Notes: a model not told the origin generated them from the sequence alone. DNA of 30,440 nucleotides from Candidatus Sigynarchaeum calidifontis (GCA_030587475.2 JAUQYZ020000165.1:1-30440); one strand, 5' to 3'; counted from the stretch's first letter, positions 17,192 to 26,057 are shown. Made by a program: numbers and translations.

Positions 17192-18313
17192 TCATTTTTT
17201 TTCCAGGAACTCGTCCAGTGACGAGGTTTTTTTCTTCGAGGCCGAGACCTTGACCTTCTTGAGTCGTTCCTTGACCGCTGGCGATATGATTTTTTCGTCG
17301 AGGAGGCGCGAGAGCACGAGATCCAAGAACTCCTGCTCATCAACGCTTTTTAAACCGAGTGCCCGCGCGGCATCAAGACTTATCGCCAGGACATTCTGCA
17401 AGGCCTTGTATCCCATCGTGACATAGCCATCATCGATCGGCGGGGGGTGCCAAGGCTCCACGACGCGTGCCTTGATCTTGTCGCGGTAATCGGGGTTGAT
17501 CTCGTAACCGATGCCCTTCCGCCTCGTGATCCGGGCGACCTTCAGCGTCGTTCCCGAGCCCACGAACGGGTCGAGCACGGTTTCCCCCTCGACCGTGTGC
17601 ATGCGGATGAGCCGGTAGGGGATGTCCTCGGGAAACGGGGCCCCGTGGCCGTATACGTTCTCGCCCTTGGAATTGATCTTGATGACGGGTTGGATATCGT
17701 CCCAGATGCACCGGACTGCCCAATGTCGCCATTCCTCCTTGGAGAGAAGGTTCTTGTCAAGAACATCCTTGGAGATCTTGCGCGTCTCGCCACGCTTGAC
17801 GAAGGTGTAGACTTGTTCGAACGACGTGTTGGTCGCGATGTTCGTCGGCTTCGGGTAGGAGCCCCACGAGACGTTGTTGACATAGGCCGCCTTGTTCCAG
17901 AATGCCATGCCGCTGAGGAAGCAGTCGTGCTCGCGGAAAAATGCCTGGACATCGTGCATGATGTCGCAGATCACGCGAAAGCCGAACCCGGACTGCTCCG
18001 ACGGGATGGGCAGTGGCTGGATGTTGATCGCGATCTTGCCATTGGGCTGGAGCACCCGGAGGCATTCTTTCCAGACACGGTTGAGCGCGCCGATGTATTC
18101 CTTGTAGGATTGCCCGAAACCGATTTGGTCACCGCCGTAATCACGTACGTTCCAATACGGGGGTGACGTGACGACGAGGGTAACAGATTCCGATTCTACC
18201 GCATCCATGTGTTCCGATGACCCGAAATACACGGTCTGCCCCTCGATCTCCAGCTTGTCCATGGTCTTTGCCTGTCGATGGCTGGTGTGGTTCGCGCTAG
18301 GTATGGTGTCCAT
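17192..18313 (-). CDS. Beta-class DNA methyltransferase, probably N4-cytosine (MTase B)
   Basis: VTSPPYW, HGAPFPEDIPYRLI, VLDPFVGSGTT and IGYEIN. Alternative start at 18262. Confidence 0.92.
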   Translation of the reverse strand: MDTIPSANHTSHRQAKTMDKLEIEGQTVYFGSSEHMDAVESESVTLVVTSPPYWNVRDYGGDQIGFGQSYKEYIGALNRVWKECLRVLQPNGKIAINIQPLPIPSEQSGFGFRVICDIMHDVQAFFREHDCFLSGMAFWNKAAYVNNVSWGSYPKPTNIATNTSFEQVYTFVKRGETRKISKDVLDKNLLSKEEWRHWAVRCIWDDIQPVIKINSKGENVYGHGAPFPEDIPYRLIRMHTVEGETVLDPFVGSGTTLKVARITRRKGIGYEINPDYRDKIKARVVEPWHPPPIDDGYVTMGYKALQNVLAISLDAARALGLKSVDEQEFLDLVLSRLLDEKIISPAVKERLKKVKVSASKKKTSSLDEFLEKK

Positions 18314-19841
18314 TTTGTCGCCGGGGTTCTTGAATCCTTGGAGGAAGACGCCCTCGCGATGGCCGGGATGCTTGCCCCAACCTGGCCTCGATGTCGGGTA
18401 TATATCGCTCGTCGATCTCGAACCCGATCGCCGGCCGGTTCAGCTCCCATGCGGCGGCGATCGTGGTTCCGGACCCGAGGAACGGGTCAACGACGAGCCC
18501 GTCGTGTTTCGATTCCGCCAAGCAGACCTTCACGACTTGCTTCGGATAAATGGCCGGGTGGATCAATCGCGCCCTCTCCCGCGAATTTCCCTTGAGAATG
18601 GGGATGTAATAATCCTGGAGGTACCGGTGACCCTTCGGGTATGAGATCTTGCCGCGAGTAAACCGAAGGATCCACTCGTAATATGGCTTGTACTTGCCCT
18701 TCGCGGGATCGTAGCTGATATCGTATCGCCAGATGATGATGTCCGACAACAACCAAGCCGGAGGCACTAATTTCGCGATCCAGAATGGCGGGATACATTT
18801 TCCACCAGAATAGCTGTTTTTCATGTTGATAAAGGCATCTGCAGAAACGGGATTCATTTTTTCATCGATGACGGCCAGCGTGCGCTTGATCATGCCATGG
18901 TATGCCCCGCGTGGAAGATCGTCCCGGTATCCTTCTTTCCGTGGCGCGACGAGCTTTCCGCTTTTGGGATCCGGCTTGGGCACGTTGAACGGATCGTAGC
19001 CGATGTTGTACGGCGGGCTCGTGACCACGTCATCGATGGACATGTTCACGTGCAATGGTATCCCCGACTGCGCCTCCTGGATGTAATAACGTGCCGGTGG
19101 ATGGTTCCTGGATCCTTGCTTGACAGCGCGCGCGTCTCTTTCGTTTAAATTACCGCTCGTGCTTGTGCCCGAGTCATCCACGTCGATGTGAGCCTCCACA
19201 AACGGATCGGGGTTCCCGGCGGGGACTGCACGGAATCGGCGCTTGAGCTTTCCGACTACGGTTCCGATGCAATCCGCATCCTCACGCGATGACCACGTGT
19301 ACACGGTATCGCCTTCCAATGTGTGGCACTGGATAAGGCGTTGCACCGCTGCCGCCTCGACATGCGTGGCAACGCGAGGGACAGGCATCGGAGCAAGAAG
19401 CGGCCGCTGGAACCCGGCTTTCCCGTCGTGGAGAGGCTCGGAAAAAGACCACACGTTCCCGGGATTCTTGCCGATCGGGTTGTTCCTCGGGTCGGTCTTC
19501 CGGGTATGAGCGATTCGAACCGAATCGATATCATAGGTCGAATCGGGCCAGTTCCAGAAATAAACCAGGCAAAAATTGACGGGCGGATCTTGATCATTGC
19601 TTGCTATCTTCAACAAGATGATATCTCGCAACCGGAAGAATTGATCGACGATCGAAAGATCCACGCCGTGTTGGTAATGGAATTCGGAAAACGCCTTCGA
19701 GTCGAGAGACCCGTCCGGTTTGACAGATGGAATGTAGAATGACGCGACCGTCGCGTGCCGATCCTTGATGATCGACCGCACCTCGCGCGCGTCAGGGTGG
19801 CTACCGGCGGAATCGGGAAGGAGTAACACGAGATCCGTCAT
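18297..19841 (-). CDS. Tandem beta-class DNA methyltransferase: degenerate N-terminal copy + intact C-terminal copy (MTase C)
   Basis: C-half has VVTSPPY, DIIIW, HPAIYP, VVDPFLGSGTT and IGFEID. N-half has LRDII, YDIDSVRI, GKNPGNVW and RLIQCHTLEGDTV but lacks PPY and FxGxG. Start reassigned to ATG 19841. Confidence 0.87.
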   Translation of the reverse strand: MTDLVLLLPDSAGSHPDAREVRSIIKDRHATVASFYIPSVKPDGSLDSKAFSEFHYQHGVDLSIVDQFFRLRDIILLKIASNDQDPPVNFCLVYFWNWPDSTYDIDSVRIAHTRKTDPRNNPIGKNPGNVWSFSEPLHDGKAGFQRPLLAPMPVPRVATHVEAAAVQRLIQCHTLEGDTVYTWSSREDADCIGTVVGKLKRRFRAVPAGNPDPFVEAHIDVDDSGTSTSGNLNERDARAVKQGSRNHPPARYYIQEAQSGIPLHVNMSIDDVVTSPPYNIGYDPFNVPKPDPKSGKLVAPRKEGYRDDLPRGAYHGMIKRTLAVIDEKMNPVSADAFINMKNSYSGGKCIPPFWIAKLVPPAWLLSDIIIWRYDISYDPAKGKYKPYYEWILRFTRGKISYPKGHRYLQDYYIPILKGNSRERARLIHPAIYPKQVVKVCLAESKHDGLVVDPFLGSGTTIAAAWELNRPAIGFEIDERYIPDIEARLGQASRPSRGRLPPRIQEPRRQNGHHT

Positions 19842-19867
19842 TATCGAGATAACCGGATGCCACCGAT

Positions 19868-19954
19868 GTAAAAAAACGCGATGCTTGTTGCGCAGCCAGC
19901 AACATGTTGACGTGGTCAATGTATAAATTCTGCCCACCCGGATCCCTTGACGTG
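19868..19954. promoter_or_regulatory. Divergent promoter between MTases C and D with nested inverted repeats
   Basis: TATAAAT at 19922-19928 (+) and TTTTTTTAC (-) at 19868-19876. Inverted repeats TGTTGC-N7-GCAACA, CAACATGTTG and TTGAC-N3-GTCAA span 19886-19919. Confidence 0.5.
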
Positions 19955-21682
19955 AATAGAAAAACGGCCACCCGCCAGTTTACCGGCGATGCCCGGGTCG
20001 CCGACAAAAACGCCAAAAGGAACCTCGGCCAGTATTATACCGATCCCGCGATCGCCGAGTTCATCGTGTCAAAGCTTGATGCCATTTCGGAAGAAAAGGT
20101 CGTTCTCGATCCTGCATGCGGCGCGGGAGAGTTCCTCTCGAGCTTCTCGAAAGCCCTGGTAAAGGCCATGCGCGAGAGAGGCGCGAGCGAGGCCGACGCT
20201 CGCAAGGCGGTCGCATCGAACGTGTGGGGATTCGACATCGATGCTCTCGCCACGCAGCAATGTACCACGAGGCTCGTGAATGAAGGTTTGGTGGGGTCAG
20301 AGCACGAGCTGCATGTCTACACCATCGATGCGCTAGACGAGCACGTCGACCCGAACACGCGCGTGGTATCCATAATCGATGATTCGATCCACACGAAAAA
20401 ATTTGATTACATCATAGGAAACCCGCCGTTTTTCGTCGTGGACAAGGAGAAAAAGCCGTTTCGCACGATCCTTGGCCTAGCCGAGTACAAGGCAATCGAC
20501 AGCCATAACCTGAACATCGCATCGATGTTCGTGTACAAGTTCATCCACAGGTTAAGGCCAGGGGGGCAGCTCGCCTTCATCCTCCCGCGGTCAGTGCTCC
20601 ACGTTTGCTCGTTCGCGAGCCTCCGGCAGGCAATGTTGAAGGTGAAAATACAATATATATTCGATCTCGGTAAAGCTTTCGAGAATGTTGGCCTTGAACA
20701 ATGTATCATCGTTCTCAAGAATGAGAACAGCGAACACAATGTCGTACATTATGCATTGCTCGGATGCACGAGCAAAGGGATCATCGAGACGGTTTCATAT
20801 GACATTCCACAAGATTATCTCGCAACCACGGCGGATCACGTGTTCGAGGTCTTCAGCGGGGAGAAGCCAGGCCAACCGACGACTTGGGCCGCGTTGAAAG
20901 GCAAGATCGAGAAGCGAGCAGCTGGAAACGACATCATGCAGTATTGCATCGATATTCAGCGCGGCATTGGCTTGCAGCGCGAGGCGAGCAGCACCAGGAT
21001 GGCACCGGGAGATATCGCAGTGATGGGGGGCCGTTCCATTTTTAATTACGGCAAAAAAGGCATCGAAACCTATCGATATCTAGCCGAGAGCCGGATCGTC
21101 AAGGAGAAAATGGCGCGGAAGGAACTAACTAACCTCCGCTCCCCGAAGATCATGCTGCAGAACCTCGTTTCCTCGAAGATCCGCATCGTGGGTTGCTATG
21201 ACGACGAGTTGCAGCGTGCTGGTGATGGGCCCGGGGAAGATCTCTACTTCATGACGTTCGACACGATCACCAACTTGTACCTCGCAGATCAGCGCTATGC
21301 CAGGTTTTTGCTCGCCATTTTGACAAGCGAGCTCGTCACTTGCTTCTTGCGAGACATCGTTTTCGTGCGGGCCAAGCTTACGATCCACCTTGACAAGAAA
21401 TATCTCAAAAAAATTCCCATTCCCCACCCGACCGACTCTCAACTTAGCGAGATAACGAGCGTCGTCAAGGAACTCGAGCGGTTCGCCCTAGATCACCAGA
21501 AAATGGAACCCGTGGGCGAACGCGACGTGCCGAGCTGGGAGGAACCAGGTCATGCGGATTATCCCCAATACGAGCAGCTGATCCGCACGTTGAACAGGCT
21601 CGTGTACAGCCTTTACGGCGTTACCGAAACCGAGCGCCGCTTCATCTCCGGACAGTTGAAGGAATTCGATGATTTCTACTGA
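19952..21682 (+). CDS. Gamma-class N6-adenine DNA methyltransferase, M.TaqI/Eco57I-like with C-terminal TRD (MTase D)
   Basis: GQYYTD, VLDPACGAGEFL, WGFDID, IIGNPPF, AFILP and a TaqI_C-like tail (LLAILTS, YLKKIPIP, LNRLVYSLYG). No nuclease domain. GTG 19952 chosen from TATA spacing. Confidence 0.9.
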   Translation: MNRKTATRQFTGDARVADKNAKRNLGQYYTDPAIAEFIVSKLDAISEEKVVLDPACGAGEFLSSFSKALVKAMRERGASEADARKAVASNVWGFDIDALATQQCTTRLVNEGLVGSEHELHVYTIDALDEHVDPNTRVVSIIDDSIHTKKFDYIIGNPPFFVVDKEKKPFRTILGLAEYKAIDSHNLNIASMFVYKFIHRLRPGGQLAFILPRSVLHVCSFASLRQAMLKVKIQYIFDLGKAFENVGLEQCIIVLKNENSEHNVVHYALLGCTSKGIIETVSYDIPQDYLATTADHVFEVFSGEKPGQPTTWAALKGKIEKRAAGNDIMQYCIDIQRGIGLQREASSTRMAPGDIAVMGGRSIFNYGKKGIETYRYLAESRIVKEKMARKELTNLRSPKIMLQNLVSSKIRIVGCYDDELQRAGDGPGEDLYFMTFDTITNLYLADQRYARFLLAILTSELVTCFLRDIVFVRAKLTIHLDKKYLKKIPIPHPTDSQLSEITSVVKELERFALDHQKMEPVGERDVPSWEEPGHADYPQYEQLIRTLNRLVYSLYGVTETERRFISGQLKEFDDFY

Positions 21683-21743
21683 ATTTCGTGCCACCGTCGA
21701 TGCATTGCATGATTTTATATACATGTCATGCGAAACTGGTCTC

Positions 21744-23396
21744 ATGGCAGAACCGAGCAAAAAAACCAAACCGGAGGCACCGCCGAAGGCCATCCCAAGG
21801 TGGTGGCGGCCGTTCCGCTTGTTCGGCCGCACCCTCATGTTCTTGTTTTTCCTGGTCGTCGTTGCGTTGCCGATCGTGGCGATGGCTCTATTCTGGGATG
21901 ATTTGACCTCGCCGACCGCGACTTACGACTTTTTCAGCGTGGAGCTTCCCGTGGTGGCCATCGTGGCCATCGTCGCCGCGATCTGCTTCTCGCTCGGCAC
22001 CTTCGGGCTCTTGAAATCGATCGAGATGATCATCAAGGCCATCAAGAAAGTGCGGTTCAAGTTAACATGGAAGCCGATCGCGAGCGCGCTTGCGCTGCTC
22101 GCCATCATCATCGCCGCGTTCTTCTATTACGTGCCCTACTGGTACCTCTACCTCGGCATCAAGCCCACCTTCGGGCCGCACCTCGCGATCCACGGGGGTG
22201 GCGGGATGCAAGTGTCGTGGGACACGCCGTCCGCGGCCCCGTCCATCGTGAAATGGGGAACCAGCCCGTCGAGCTTGAGCAATGAAACCCGCGGTGGCGA
22301 GTTCTTCTGGCAAATTAGCGGTGCTGATTCCTACCACCATTGTGTCTTGCTTACAGGGCTCGTGCCGGGACAGAAATACTACTATCAAGTGCCGAGCCTC
22401 GGGTCCACCATCTACTCGTTCTCCGCGCCGCCATCGCTTTCATCGGGCGAGAGGGTCACGTTCACGATACTGGGCGACACGCAAGGCGCGCTGAACATCC
22501 AGCGACGGAACATCGCCAACATGATCAATCGGCTGGGCATCGACGGCATCGACTTCACCATTCTCTGCGGGGATAACGTGAACCGCGATGACGATATCGG
22601 CGAATGGGCGATGCTTTACGATTCGTCATCTTATGGCCGCATCATCTCTCATGTCCCGTGGATGGCTGCATCGGGGAACCACGAGACCTCGTCTAATGCC
22701 GACGACTGGCCCATCCGCAATAACTTTAAAACCTTCCACCAGAACTCGTATCTCACGAACGGCGCGCCGCTGCCGCCTGATGCCTTGGATGTCGGGGTCT
22801 TTTACTCGTTCAATTACTCGAACGTGCACCTGACGATCCTCGACACGCACCAGCTCGCGACGACGAGCAATTTATCCGCGGTGCAGCTAGCGTTCTTGGA
22901 AGCGGATCTCACGAGCGTGAATTCGACGGCCATGTGGAAATTTCTTGTATTTCACGTGCCCATGTACTCGACGTCCGTGCGTGGCGGCAGCAAGGCCGAA
23001 GAAGACCTGGCCAAGCAGCTCGAGCCCATCTTGTGTAAATATCAAGTAGATGCCGTTTTCTACGGCCATGACCACATCTTCGAGGCCTGGCACGTGAATC
23101 GAACGGCGCCATACGGCGGCACGTATGCGTTCTTGTGCTCCGGTGGCGGCGGGAGCATCAAGGACGTCAAGAACCCTGCCAAGCACACCAACCCGCTGCA
23201 CGCGTGGGTGTCGGACATCAACATCGTGAACGCTTCCGGCGGGCGTTATGATGACATATATGGCCACGAGTGGCAGCTCTACGGCGAGGCAACCTTCCAC
23301 TACATGGTCGTCGACGTCAATGGTGATACAGCAACGTTCAGCGCGTACCGGACAAGCGATAACTCGCTGATCAAGTCCTACACCACCGCCCGGTGA
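21744..23396 (+). CDS. Membrane-anchored metallophosphoesterase (purple acid phosphatase-like, FN3 + calcineurin-like)
   Basis: 3 TM segments, FN3-like VSW...HHCVLLTGLVPGQKYYYQV, then GDTQ, GDNV, GNHE, FHVP and GHDH. TTTTATAT at 21713-21720 supports the ATG at 21744. Confidence 0.88.
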   Translation: MAEPSKKTKPEAPPKAIPRWWRPFRLFGRTLMFLFFLVVVALPIVAMALFWDDLTSPTATYDFFSVELPVVAIVAIVAAICFSLGTFGLLKSIEMIIKAIKKVRFKLTWKPIASALALLAIIIAAFFYYVPYWYLYLGIKPTFGPHLAIHGGGGMQVSWDTPSAAPSIVKWGTSPSSLSNETRGGEFFWQISGADSYHHCVLLTGLVPGQKYYYQVPSLGSTIYSFSAPPSLSSGERVTFTILGDTQGALNIQRRNIANMINRLGIDGIDFTILCGDNVNRDDDIGEWAMLYDSSSYGRIISHVPWMAASGNHETSSNADDWPIRNNFKTFHQNSYLTNGAPLPPDALDVGVFYSFNYSNVHLTILDTHQLATTSNLSAVQLAFLEADLTSVNSTAMWKFLVFHVPMYSTSVRGGSKAEEDLAKQLEPILCKYQVDAVFYGHDHIFEAWHVNRTAPYGGTYAFLCSGGGGSIKDVKNPAKHTNPLHAWVSDINIVNASGGRYDDIYGHEWQLYGEATFHYMVVDVNGDTATFSAYRTSDNSLIKSYTTAR

Positions 23397-23457
23397 TCGC
23401 GCCGACCTCCAGGCCACCACGTTAACCTTTTTATCGTTTCCCGATAGCATTCAATTC

Positions 23458-24726
23458 ATGGCAAACGAAATAACGGCCGGCTCGGCCGGCAAGAAGCTCA
23501 TCGAGGAAATATGCGGAGTCGCGTGGACGCGGCTCCCGGGGTCGGATGGCGAGAAACGGGCGCAAGCATTCATCGGCGAGAAGATGAAGGCACTCGGCGC
23601 GGATACCGTCGAAATCCAAACGTTCACGGTGCATGCCGGGTTCTTCCGGTGGTGGCCCGTCATCAGCATCGTCTTGTTCTATGCCAGCATGGTCTTGTAC
23701 CACGTGTTCCCGATAGGCTCGCTGGTTGCAGCAGTGCTCGCGATCGCGAACGTGTTTCTCAAGCTATTCTCCTACGAGTTCCTCGACGTGCTCTTCAAGG
23801 CAAAACTCTCATCCAACGCCGTCGCCAGGGTCGCGCCCCGGGACGGGCGGCCGCCGAAGCGGATCCTCCTCATCGGCGGGCACGCGGACTCGAATTACGA
23901 GTATCCGATAGGGAGCCGGTTCGGGACCAAATTAATACCCCTCTTGATCCCCGTGTTCGTGTCCATGGTGGCGGGTGCTCTGGTCGCGGGGATAAAGGCC
24001 GGCACGTCGCTGGCGAATGATGGGTTCATTGCCGGGCTCGATGCGGCCGCGTGGCGCGCGTTCACGTCACCAGGTTGGCTAGACGTGCTCTATTTCATCG
24101 TCCTGGGAACTGTTCCCTATGCCAGCTGGATGGGCTTCGGCATGGTGTCATCGAAACCAGTTCCAGGCGCGAACGATAACCTGTCGGGGGTCGCCGTGGC
24201 CTTGCTCCTGCTGGAACGGTTTGCGAAACCCGATCAGCGGCCCAGGAACGTCGAGCTGTGGTTCGTGTCCTTCGGCAGCGAGGAGGGGGGGATGAAAGGA
24301 AGCAAACACGCGGCGCGACTCGTTCGCGATGCGCTGGACGCGGGCAAGCTTGGCGCACCATCGGTCTGGGTCGTGAACTTCGACAGCATCGCCGCGAAGG
24401 GGCCGATGCTCGTCGCGACCAAGGAACCTCTCTACCGCTGCACCTACATTCCTGACGTGTACACTCAGATGGAAGCCTCGGCGAAGAAAGCTGGCGTCGA
24501 TGTCGTCGTGAAATCGCTTGCCGCAGGAACGGACTCGGCACCATTCGGGCGACTGGGAATCCCCGCGACGGGCATCGTGTGCATGGGGGAGGGACACTCG
24601 CCCGCGAACTGGCACAGCCTTGACGACACGCCGGAGAACATCGAACCCGCCGGGATAGAGCATTGTGTGAAGCTCGGGGCGCAGTTCATCCGCGACGTGG
24701 ACGAGTTGCTGGACGGGGCGAACTAG
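23458..24726 (+). CDS. Membrane M28-family metallopeptidase
   Basis: GHADS, GANDNLSG, GSEEGG, NFDS, GTDSAPF and WHSLDDT, with inserted TM pairs. Confidence 0.9.
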   Translation: MANEITAGSAGKKLIEEICGVAWTRLPGSDGEKRAQAFIGEKMKALGADTVEIQTFTVHAGFFRWWPVISIVLFYASMVLYHVFPIGSLVAAVLAIANVFLKLFSYEFLDVLFKAKLSSNAVARVAPRDGRPPKRILLIGGHADSNYEYPIGSRFGTKLIPLLIPVFVSMVAGALVAGIKAGTSLANDGFIAGLDAAAWRAFTSPGWLDVLYFIVLGTVPYASWMGFGMVSSKPVPGANDNLSGVAVALLLLERFAKPDQRPRNVELWFVSFGSEEGGMKGSKHAARLVRDALDAGKLGAPSVWVVNFDSIAAKGPMLVATKEPLYRCTYIPDVYTQMEASAKKAGVDVVVKSLAAGTDSAPFGRLGIPATGIVCMGEGHSPANWHSLDDTPENIEPAGIEHCVKLGAQFIRDVDELLDGAN

Positions 24727-24727
24727 C

Positions 24728-25612
24728 ATGGCACGGCCACGGTTTCCGCGCGAGGAGTATGGCGCGCTGTTCGATGCCCACGTGCACACGTGCTACGACT
24801 TGCACGACGGGCGGCTCTCGCCCGCGGAGCTCGTCTCGCTCGCGAAGCGCCACGGCTTCAACTGGTTGCTCGCAATGAACCACGACACCACGCGTGGTTT
24901 CGCGAGGGTCAAGAGGCTTGCAAGGGACGCGGGAATCCCGTGCATCACAGGCATCGAGGTATCCACGATATACAACCATATCCTCGCGTACGGCGTGCAA
25001 GAATGGAAGCTCAGGGACTATTCATGGGAACCAGAGGTGGTCATCGAAAACTTGCGAAGCCAGGGCTGCGCGATATTCCTTGCACACCCGTGCAACAACC
25101 CCTGGCATGGCCATTGGACGCCGGAGATCGCCCGGCGGCTCGACATCGATGGTATCGAGTGGACCAACGCGTCGAACTCGATCTTGAACCGCAAGACCTG
25201 GTCAGCTTTTGCTAGTTTTCCCCGCGGGCGACGGATCGCGGGGACGGACGCCCACACGCCCTATGTCTACGGGCATGCCTACACCCAGGTTGCCACCGCG
25301 TCCGACAATCCAGACGACCTCGTGTCGGCCATGAAGCGGGGGCGGTGCGCGCCCCGAGGCCGCTACGTCCCGCTGGTGTGCGTCGGTATCGAGCAGCTAG
25401 CAATCACGGTCAAGAACAAGGTCGTGAAGCGCGTGCATGCCGGTAACAAATGGATCGAAACCCTCGAGCAAGATCCCAAAAGCATCGCCCCGGAAGGATT
25501 TCCCCCCGCCAATGCATTGAACCATCGCGAGCTCAAGGCTTATACCAAACCGAAAGCCAAAGCATGGAAGCGCGCGATCCTGGAGGCACCGCCGATGCTG
25601 GGATACTGGTAA
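24728..25612 (+). CDS. PHP-domain metal-dependent phosphoesterase
   Basis: DAHVHT, NHD, GIEVS, HIL, AHP and GTDAH. Starts 1 nt after the M28 stop. Confidence 0.88.
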   Translation: MARPRFPREEYGALFDAHVHTCYDLHDGRLSPAELVSLAKRHGFNWLLAMNHDTTRGFARVKRLARDAGIPCITGIEVSTIYNHILAYGVQEWKLRDYSWEPEVVIENLRSQGCAIFLAHPCNNPWHGHWTPEIARRLDIDGIEWTNASNSILNRKTWSAFASFPRGRRIAGTDAHTPYVYGHAYTQVATASDNPDDLVSAMKRGRCAPRGRYVPLVCVGIEQLAITVKNKVVKRVHAGNKWIETLEQDPKSIAPEGFPPANALNHRELKAYTKPKAKAWKRAILEAPPMLGYW

Positions 25613-25624
25613 AGCATCCAGAAC

Positions 25625-25639
25625 TTTTTTTTTCGTTTT
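25625..25639 (+). terminator. T9 tract terminator candidate
   Basis: TTTTTTTTTCGTTTT 12 nt after the PHP stop. Confidence 0.55.
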
Positions 25640-25728
25640 ATTCGATGGGAGTAGAAATCGTGGTGTTTTAATAATCTCTACCCGCTTCTAAAAGGAAATC
25701 CGTTAATGATAGAAAAAAATAAATGCCT

Positions 25729-25745
25729 TGTATGCCAAGCATACA
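25729..25745 (+). promoter_or_regulatory. Operator-like inverted repeat TGTATGC-N3-GCATACA
   Basis: Perfect 7-bp arms between an AT-rich TATA-like tract (25712-25724) and the antitoxin start. Confidence 0.6.
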
Positions 25746-25755
25746 TCGGATGCAC

Positions 25756-26031
25756 ATGGAAAAATATACATCCGTGAAGGTCTCTACCCAGACGTTAAAG
25801 AAATTACACCACATGGCTTCCAAGTTATCAATTGAAACAGGAAAGCGGTTGAATTTGGACGAAACCATCGTGATGATCATGGATATCGTGGAAAAAGATG
25901 CTGAACGAGCGAACATGGCCTCAAACATGCTGGAACAAGATAGAACCGATTTCCTGGCACTTGTCAAGCGCAAGATCAAATCGGCGGGGCCGGAAGACTA
26001 CGTTCCCTATGATTTCGAGGACATCGCGTGA
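25756..26031 (+). CDS. Putative VapB-type antitoxin (RHH-like)
   Basis: N-terminal beta strand YTSVKVS, then helices (TLKKL...LDETI) and an acidic C-tail. Directly upstream of a PIN gene. Start at 25750 or 25756. Confidence 0.72.
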   Translation: MEKYTSVKVSTQTLKKLHHMASKLSIETGKRLNLDETIVMIMDIVEKDAERANMASNMLEQDRTDFLALVKRKIKSAGPEDYVPYDFEDIA

Positions 26032-26057
26032 ATGAAAACGCGTGGTGGAGCCTAGGA

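Noticed and set aside
19575-19600. DPP in NDQDPPVNF as the catalytic motif of the MTase C N-terminal domain
   Set aside because: It is in the wrong position in the beta-class motif order and lacks the aromatic fourth residue.
21669-21743. Overlap of MTase D with the phosphoesterase (and of MTase C with D at 19904-19937)
   Set aside because: TATA spacing and protein content favour the later starts (21744, 19841, 19952), so there is no real overlap.
23458-24726. M28 peptidase as a nicastrin ancestor partnering the presenilin
   Set aside because: It is 21 kb away, its zinc ligands are intact, and its multi-TM topology is unlike single-pass nicastrin. There is no evidence of linkage.
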